DNA of 39,862 nucleotides from Atractiella rhizophila (Eukaryota): NCBI GenBank assembly GCA_021432655.1, contig MU271608.1, positions 1 to 39,862 of the forward strand, read 5' to 3'. Shown piece by piece: positions 31,249 to 39,862 of this stretch (position 1 is its first letter; each line of letters starts with the position of its first letter). The notes under the pieces were generated by a model. It saw only the letters and a program-made list of their open reading frames with translations, ran no database searches and was not told where the DNA came from. The position numbers and the translations under genes were made by a program.

Positions 31249-33572
31249 CTATGACACCAAGTTTGCTGCCAACTTTGTCTTTCTCACTCGTAAATGCAGA
31301 CCCTCTTTCGGCTTCATTGTCACTGCCGATGTGGGGGTGATAACCCTGAAAGTATCTCAAGTCAGAGAATCGAAAAGGAGAAAGGTAGGGGCGTACTGAT
31401 CCGGAGACACCAGCTCGTATTCGTACTTGCCCAACAAATGCAGAACCATGGCTTTCAGCTCTATGAGCGCCATCTTGTTCCCTATGCATTGATGTGAACC
31501 GTGGATAAAGGATTGGAATGCTTGTGCTGGGTGGTCCGGTGGCAGGTTGAGCCATCGCTCAGGCTTGAACCTGTAAATCCGTTCATACTTCGTCCCACGG
31601 TAAAAGGAAGGAAACCCACTCTGCAGCGTCCTCTCCCCATATCTCAGGCGAGTTGTCTTTTCCACTCTATGTCAGTCATTGTTCAATTGAAAGTGAAAAG
31701 CCATACTAATGACCCGAATGCCCATATAGCAGACCGTTCCAGCCTTAACATAAGTACCATCTATCACAACATCTTCTCGCGCTTTCCGGAAAGTCATTGG
31801 CACGGGCGGTCGAACCCTCAAGCTCTCGCTGTGTCCACCGAATCCATCAGTTGGTTTCCGATTTGGTAGAAGGGAAGACGGAGAGGACGAACCGAACAAC
31901 GGCATCGAGATATTGTAACTCGTTCAGCTCCTTCATATCGGGTTCCATATTGCGTTCCAACATCCCTGCGAGCTCGTTACGGAGCTTAGACTGTACGCGT
32001 GGGTTCTGTGCTAGGAGCAGGAGGGTCCAAGTCATGCTGTTTCGGGTCAAGTACGATTAGCTCATTCGAGAGCGAGGGAGATGAAGGGCGAGAGCGCACC
32101 CTGAAGCTGTCGTCTCGTGTCCCGCTCCGAGAGTCATAAGGATCTGATCCATCATCTCGTCCTCTGTCAATCCTCCTCCTCGTGCTCCTATACCTTGTCC
32201 AGCGTTCGACTTGACGAGTAAGGACATAATATCCTTTCTCCATCCTTCCGAACCTCCTTCTGTTAGCACAGTTCGTATTGTCAGCTTCATATTGATATCA
32301 CTCGGAGAAAGAATGGAGACAACGTACGAGCATCCTGCTTCACCTCCCTCCTCTTTTGGTCCATAATCTCAGCAGAAACCTTCTTGATCCTCGTCATGGC
32401 ATCCGAAAACATTCCAATGACCCTCAGCCTCTGGTCGAGTCTACCCTTGAGTCCAGGAGCCATATAATGTGGATCAGCATCTTTGGAAGAGGGACGGAGG
32501 TAAGCCCCGAGCTTTCCAATATAGGGAATGAGACGAGGAGCGAGAGGGATGAAGTTAACGAGGATGAGGACGGAAAGGTTCGATCCACTTTGGAGCGAGA
32601 TGAGCTGCTCGTATGCGGACGCGAGTTCGTTGGAGTGCGTTAGGAGCGAATCGCACTTGTAGCCGAATGAGGTCCAGCAGATTATGTCCAACTATTTTTT
32701 GCAATGATCAGGAAGGGAGAAAGGCGAATGGAAAAAGACTCACTGTCGTACGTGACATTATGTCGTACATGTCGATGATGGCTTCTCCTGACTCCTTTAG
32801 CTTTTCGTTCAATATGTTGGACGCGTTGTTCAGGATAGGATAGAATTCGGGTACCACTGTCAGATTGTGAGTTCTCCCATCATTCCGGGATAGCAGGCGC
32901 AAGCTTACGATCAGCGAGATGAGCAGGCGCGAAAGCTGTTTTGCGCTATTCTCAGAAAGCGGTAAAATGCTAGTGGGACAAAAGACGAACCAGGACCCAA
33001 AACCCTCCTAAACCGCCTATGCTCTTCTCCCTCTTTCGTCAACAGCCCATCTCCCACCACAGACCTCAAAACACCCGTCATAAAGTCAGGTCTGACGAAA
33101 GAAGAGGCTTTGTCGATCCAAATTTGCTGATAAGCTTGCGGCCGTGTAAACATCAAACGTTCGAACTAAACACTCAATCAGATTCTCCGCACACATGGAT
33201 TCAAGGTGGGAAGGCAAAGAACATACACCAAAAGGACCAACGACTCGAACCACCCCTTTCTCTCCACCGTATTTCTTTGCCCATTCCGCTTGTTTCACTC
33301 CGGCCTCGGCTCGAAGAATGGTACCGAATTGTCCAAAGAGGGGATGCCAGTCCGTCTCCCAGTCCTCTCCCTAAACAAGCATAGCATGACATCAGCCCTC
33401 CTAGAACGTTTCGAACATGGCGGAAAGGCAAATAACGCACTTTTCGCGGAAAGTTAGGTCCTGGAAGGTTTTTATATACACTGAGCCAGCGCGAGTAGAC
33501 GAATGTGTGGAAGAGAACCCAGAGGAGGATGAGTGGTGGTGTGAGGAGTACGAGGTGGATTGGGGACAACAT
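31249..33572 (-). CDS. Cytochrome P450 (multi-exon)
   Basis: N-terminal anchor MLSPIHLVLLTPPLILLWVLF plus LPGP; GDGLLTKEGEEHRRFRR; I-helix AGHETTA; ESLR (ExxR); FKPERW; heme motif FIHGSHQCIG. The last exon ends ...MKPKEGLHLRVRKTKLAANLVS* at 31249. Roughly ten short GT-AG introns; the junctions I checked are in frame. Confidence 0.95.
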
Positions 33573-34832
33573 TGTTGTGTGCCTCTGTCGTTGATGTTTC
33601 TAGCGATATTTACCCGGATATAGCAAAGGAACCTCCAGATTGAGAATATTTGATGGAATATCTGAGATGGCAAAGGGGGAGCACCAGTCGGGAAGAGCAC
33701 TCTTATACGCCAGGTGAGTGACGCGGGAGACGGGATAGAAGTTGAGAGGCCGCCCAGACGCCGTACGGGTACGTCGGATATTGCGTTGTGACTCACAACT
33801 CCTTCTCACTGCACCACGTGACTCTGCCACTGCTCTTCTGACTGTTTTATCTATATGCACTCTATGGTCGCAGTGCGCTGTTGCAGATAGTTGTGCAGTT
33901 GAACAGATAGTATCAGGGGACTGGGTGTGATGTAACTAGAAATGTGAAAGAACGTCTCACGTGGGTTGGTCCTGCTTAGAGTATCTTGGGGGTTTCTATG
34001 GTCATTGTGGACCGCTGCTATATCGGAGCACGATGACATAAAACAGGAGCGACAGCGTGAGGTCGGTTGTACCTTGAGCTCTCATGCTTATACTCACTGG
34101 TCGCCCTGTGGCTCCTTCAAGCATATTAAAGACGACGCACCTTGCTTGTTTGTGTAAATGTAAGAAAGAATTATACTTGATACTTGAGGTGAACCACTTA
34201 GGACGAGTTATCTAACGCGTTGTATCTACCTGAAAATCACTTTATTCAGCTTGCGTTGCGCTTTGAAACCACCTAGTGCAAGGAGAACATGATGTAGCCT
34301 GCAGTTAGAGTGGTGGAATCGAGAATGGTGTAAGGAATCTTGTTCTGCGTAATGTTATGATAACCATCCTCGCCTTAATACGATCGGTGAGACAGGGTCT
34401 TTCTTCACCCAAATTCAAAGAAACAGCTTCCTCCAACTATTTTCTCATCATATGTTACAATTTGGGTTTATGGTTGACTATGTGGCGCTTTGTGGTTTCT
34501 CTAACGCACGACGACAATCGGAAGAGCAGCTGCAACAATGATTAATATTCATTGAAGGCAGTTGCCTTCGAATGCCCCAGAAATTTCGCCCATATATCTG
34601 CCTAAATTGGTTGGCAATCGCAACTATCCTCCAGTTATGTCTCTACCTCATTAGAACACGGAAGGAGTTCCAGTTTGTGCTGAGTTGCTCCTACCGCCCG
34701 TCACATTCCCTTGTTCCTTTTCGTCAAATACGACCACCTCGTGCTCCTCCTCTACAATATCGTAAACACAAGGTCTCAAAATACCACAAATATTTTAATA
34801 AATACCGCGGTTTGGTTCAAACATACCCAGAA

Positions 34833-36761
34833 ATGGAAGAACAAGTCGTTGTAGTTAGAGGTTCACGTGAGGACAGAAAGCAGCGAGCTGCACCTATTGA
34901 GGAAGGGAACAAAGCAGTCTCATATCTGAGCGACAAAGGTGACCGGGAAGTGGGAAACAGAAAGGTTTGTAGGACGATTTCGAGGAGATAGAGTTGGTGG
35001 GTAAGGGTTACAGTGGAGTTGTACGTGTTTTCCCTCGCTTGATTGAAGAAGGGAGTGAATGATGAATGGATTTGTCAGGTATCTCTTGTAAAGCACATCG
35101 GTAGCGGAAAGGCGTACGCGATGAAAGTGTTGAGGAAACGTCGCGTCCTGCAGTTTGGCGAGCTTCGCTGCACCATGGATGAGAAAAGAATCCTTGAACT
35201 CATGGTCGACAAACCTTTCATCGCAAAGCTTCAGTGGGCATTCCAAGCAAGCTGTCTTTCTCCATAGGTGCATTCAAACAATGTTCCCAGGACTTGGAGC
35301 GTCTCTATCTTGTCCTCGACTTCTATGCTGGGGGCGACCTTGGAGAATTGCTACGACGGAAGACGCCTATCCAAGGCTTTAGCGCGTTTTTATGCCTCAG
35401 AGCTCGTTGATGGCATTTCGCACTTGCACAAGGCAGGAGTCGTCCATCGGTATGACTTACTTACTACTGAGGTTCCATTGTCTGAAGTCATTGCAGAGAC
35501 ATCAAACCGGAGAACATCCTCATCGACGCCAGTGGCCACATCGTCATCACCGATTTCGGTCTCAGTAAACTACTCAATCGCGATTCGTCGAATCAAAGGA
35601 CCAATTCCTTGGTTGGTACTCCATTCTACACTGCCCCCGAGATCATATTACGCAGGGAGTATAGTTATGGAGTAGATGGTGGAGCTTTGGAATTGTCCTT
35701 TTTGAATTGTTGGTAGGGAGCGTACGTTTTTTTTGTCATTTCATTGCTTTTGGAAACTGTGTCGCATCACTCTTTTACATACAGAGACCTTTCGAACCCC
35801 ATGGTTCAACTGATACGACCCTGGTGCATACTCTCATCGTTTCTGCCAAAGTAGTGTTCCCGGAGGGCAAAGTTGTGAATATGGTCGCGCAAGATCTTAT
35901 TAATGGATTATTAAAGAAATCCCCTACACGTCGATACTCAGAAAATGGTATTCGGCAACATGCATATTTTTCATGCGTGAGATGGGTAGAGTGCGTGTTT
36001 CATCTCAAACCTAAACCAGCTTAGCTCACCTTGCCTAGGGTCTCCCAAAAACGATATACGCCTCCTTGGGTTCCGAATATCGACAAATCGGATGCTTTGG
36101 ACACAAGTAACTTTCAGCTCGACGACGAAGAACCTGACCCTGAACCTGACTTGGGCTTCCCCCCAGAAGGCTCGACTGATTCGCAAGGCAGAGATGTCTT
36201 TAGAGGCTTTTCATTCGATCAGGCCGATTCAGCAAGGAGGACAGGGACATCTGGTTCCACTTCCCCCACGGTTTCTTGTGAAATTTCGAGAATAGACGTC
36301 CTTCCTTCCTGCACACGAGAAACTCAGTTCCATCGCGAAGACGCAGTAGTCTCCTTAGCCGCACCACGGCTTTCACCACTAGCACTAATAGTTCTCTTGA
36401 ACGCCGCCCAGGGTCGGCTCAGGAGACAGCGAAGGAGGGAATGCCAGGGCCAAAGGGGAAGGAGAACTGTCTGGGAGGTGCAATTCTTGAGGGAGCTTTG
36501 GGACGCATGAGCGAACCGGAGAAGAATGTCATGAGTTATTATGACGTTCTCGAGGACGAACAAGGGGAGAGAATCCTGCGGAAGAGAAAGCGAGCAGGTG
36601 TCAGTGCGGAAGTGGCTGATTTACCGGTCAAGAGGACTAGATTCGAGCATGCTAGAAGTCCGCTAGTTAATAGAAAGGCAGGATTGGGAACCAAAGGGGG
36701 GAATCAATCTCAATTATTGCAAGGCTTATACTGTCGGGATGTAGATATGGAAAGCAGATGA
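34833..36761 (+). pseudogene. AGC-family Ser/Thr protein kinase with frameshifts (pseudogene or assembly indels)
   Basis: [91 protein letters not shown] (hydrophobic motif). Frame breaks at ~35360 and ~35677 (possibly also ~34972) are not explained by introns. 3' end uncertain (36510 or 36761). Confidence 0.8.
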
Positions 36762-37024
36762 TTAACCTTTCTTGGGGCAGGTTTTCTGGGGTCCATTCAC
36801 AAAACGAATATGTATTGATAATCTTTGAGTACTGACTGCTATTACATATGCACTGAATACTGGAAAGAGAGAGATTATCGACGATAAATCATGTCTGCTG
36901 TGAACGATGCCTGGGTCTAAATAGCGAAAAGAGTAATACGCTTCGAGAAGTTGGTGAAAGTCACTACAAAGGCTACTAAATCTGATCCTCAAGCGGCTGT
37001 ACCAATGTGTTCAGATAGAGAATC

Positions 37025-39626
37025 CTACGTCGACGCCTGATCCTTCTTCGCGTCTTGTCCACTCCCGGAAGAATCTAGCAGTTCAGCGCCAGTCAAAAAT
37101 CCTAACGGCGCAGGAGGAGCGAAGAGATCCTCCGTCGGCGACTGGTTGGGAGAAGCGTTCGATTGGGGTCCAAACAAACCTCTGACGCGATTTCCTATAC
37201 CAGAGAGAGGAGACGACGGCCTGGAGCTTTTTCCTGTTTGAGGCGGAGGAGGTTGGGTAGTCGAGTGCGAAGGTCCTGACTGAGAACCTGACGAGTTCCT
37301 CACGCTTCCATCCAGGGCAACGTTCGATGTTTCCCAGGTGTGAGGAGGGACCCAATCTTGCCCATCATCCTCCACGTCGGATTCAGGAGCCGTGCGTGGC
37401 CTCCATCTTTGGATATCCTTCTGAAAGGGAAGAGAAGCGACAGGAGTCCTGGGAGAGATGTGCAGTTGAGGAGAAGACTGAGGCCTCTGGGCTTGAGGAT
37501 CCATTGCAATAGTTTTTGACTGCGCAGGATGGGAAGCGTACGGATGGGAAGGAAGAATAGGGGAATCCGTCTCTCGTTCCTGTTCTTCGACGACCACATA
37601 GCCCAGAGAAGCCGATCGCCCAAACTGAAGCGCAGGTAAGGAGCGGTTGGACTCCGCCTGGTCTGAAAATGCAAGGCTGGCCTCATTGGGCCTCTCGTGC
37701 CAACTTCCTTTCCTCCCACTAGTACCTGGATCACTTCCATTCATCTTCCTCACAAATTCTTTGGAACTTGGACGTCTGCTTCCTGGAGGGCTGCCTACGA
37801 GGGTGTCCGGTCCACTGTCCTTCCTCGGAGGGAAGGAGTAGGGTAAGCGAGAAGAAGAAGGCATAGATACGTTTTTATCCGGGAATCCCGGATTGGGAGA
37901 GGTGATTGAGTAGTTTGAAAATGATGGACTATCTGGAGGGGTACCGAATGGCGCATTCGGGGTACGGATCCAAGATGGATCTCGAGGAGATCCAGACGGT
38001 CTGGCCGAGCTAAGGTGAACTTGGTATTCTCCCACTTTGGTTATTGGGAGAGACGCATCCGAACACTTCCTGTCCCGTTGGCTGTTGCCGTCATAGATTG
38101 AAAGGTTCTCTGGATTTTGATACAGGGGTATTGCAGATGGACGACGCTTTTGTTCCACCGTTGGGCCAGTGTGTGGAGGATCAATGATTGCTGTAGAGGT
38201 AAAGTTGGAGACGGAATGTTTCGTTGAGTACGCCCTGACGGAGAAGATGATGCGAGAGATGAAGATTTGTGTGAGGACGAAGGAAGGTAACATGTTCAAC
38301 ATCCTGTCATCGATGTTACAGGCATATAACGACATGAGGAGAAACGAACTTGTATGGAAACTGTCCAGGCTGCAAGACCAATACGACATTCACGAGATTG
38401 ATAAGACAGATTGTCTACATCACACGTCAGACTCAGGTCGTAAAACGTCGAACATTCAACTCACGAGAACGTAAACTACTTGATTGTTCTTGATTTTGTC
38501 CATAACTTCATTCCTAATGGCGGGGAAGTCTCGTACTTCCTGCAAAATTCATCGTGCTCAGCAATAGAGTTGGGAAGCAGAGGAGGGAAACGAACCTCCC
38601 ACCGTTCAAAACACTTCCAAATTGTCAAACCGAGAAGAATATGATGATAAACGGAAGGAACGACGAATGTGAGAGCGAAAAGTTTGGACGAAGGAAGGAG
38701 AAGGCAAGTTGAAGAATTATTGCCGGGAACTTCGATCAAATAAGCTGAACCTCCCTTCTGAGTGCAGATTCGAGGAAGGCAGTGAATACTCACGTTGCAC
38801 AGAAAAATCAGCTACTAGTTCTACATGTCTCTGATGAGCCAATTTCAAGCAAACCTGAGCAAACCGTGAGAGATGACCAACCGATAACTGCACTTAAGGC
38901 ACCTGCAGCAAAACAAAAAATGACGTATTTGTTGCCTCGATCCACGTATAGCGCACGAATCCTCAACGACATGATAATGTGCGTCCCAATGCTAAGGAAA
39001 GTGAAACCGAACGGCCACAGGCGGAGAAGAGAACATGAGAGACGAGCAGAGTCTGTAGGCGAGGGCTGGTGCGCGATCACGAAGAAGATTGTATAGAGAA
39101 AGATGACGACGAGGCAGGTGTAACTGTCAATTCATGTTAGCGGCGGCATGCTAGTGTTTCCAACTGTTATGGCAACGCAACGAGCAATAGACGTTATAAT
39201 GGAGGTAGGAAGAAGTGGTTTACTGCTCCGGAGGGATGACGTAAAAGGAGAACCCTGATGAACAGGGCTGGTGCTCCTCACAAGCCTCTTCTACATACAG
39301 GCTGCTCCCCTGCCCCACTGTAGAATAGAGAAAAGCACTAGATTTCCAAAGCAAGGCTTTCCCCTTTTCCTCTATTGCTCAGAGCACATTCCGTTCTCTT
39401 TCGTCCTGCAAAACGAGACAGAGATCACTCACCGACTCCCCAACACGGTAGCTCTCATAGCACCTTTCCCATCCCAAATCCACCTCCTCTCCCTGCCAAA
39501 GTTGCTTCCCCAATCCCAAAGCGCCACGGCGAGGGTTGCGGTCAGAGTCAAGGTGTGAACGTAATCGATCTCCAACGGCGACCTTGCTGACGGGTTCTGA
39601 AGGAGGAGAGGAGGTAAGAAATCCAT
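37025..39626 (-). CDS. DUF6533-type multi-pass membrane protein with long Ser/Pro-rich disordered C-terminus
   Basis: ATG at 39626 (MDFLPP...). ALWDWGSNFGRERRWIW; intron 39124-39432 joins VLGSR|YTCLVVIFLY; LRIRALY; several hydrophobic segments; IFISRIIFSVR preceding the long last exon. This motif pattern is typical of basidiomycete DUF6533 proteins. Confidence 0.8.
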
Positions 39627-39862
39627 CTCTGCTGCATTCCTGTCAGTGGTAAGCGCTGAGGATGATGTTGTGGAGAAAGGGGTATTAAAGGGGGACGTAT
39701 TGAGGGTGTGATGGACGATGGACACCAAGTGAACGCGTCAAAAAATAATGAGAACTGAGCTTGACTTCTGGAACCAAATCAGCGGTCAGATCTGTGTCGA
39801 TCTCCCAAGATCTCCCGATCTGCACTTTCTTTCCGCAAAGTTGGGACTGTTTCTATTGCTGC

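Noticed and set aside
31249..39626. P450, kinase and DUF6533 gene as a biosynthetic cluster
   Set aside because: No backbone enzyme or transporter in the window; ordinary neighbouring genes.

Overview
Eukaryotic, almost certainly fungal (basidiomycete-like) genomic DNA: short GT-AG introns, a DUF6533-type membrane protein and basidiomycete-style transposon relics. Bases ~1-31,200 are a decayed, nested transposon island. It holds six copies of one LTR family, a chromovirus-type Ty3/Gypsy pol fragment interrupted by a second LTR element, and PIF/Harbinger, pogo-like (with an Ulp1 protease domain), CACTA and hAT-like relics, with clear CpG-directed C-to-T decay. Bases ~31,200-39,862 hold ordinary intron-rich genes: a cytochrome P450, a frameshifted AGC kinase and a DUF6533 membrane protein. 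The standout is an intact, intronless, head-to-head gene pair inside the TE debris. One gene encodes a 1119-aa helical-repeat plus CHAT (caspase-like, His/Cys dyad present) protease (4592-7951, +). The other encodes a 317-aa beta-rich protein with a candidate amphipathic beta-hairpin (3026-3979, -). The pair is a plausible protease/pore-former cell-death or allorecognition module whose effector does not look like a gasdermin. Both LTR retroelement remnants also appear to carry an extra spliced gene next to the 3' LTR. All calls come from reading motifs by eye; no database searches were run.
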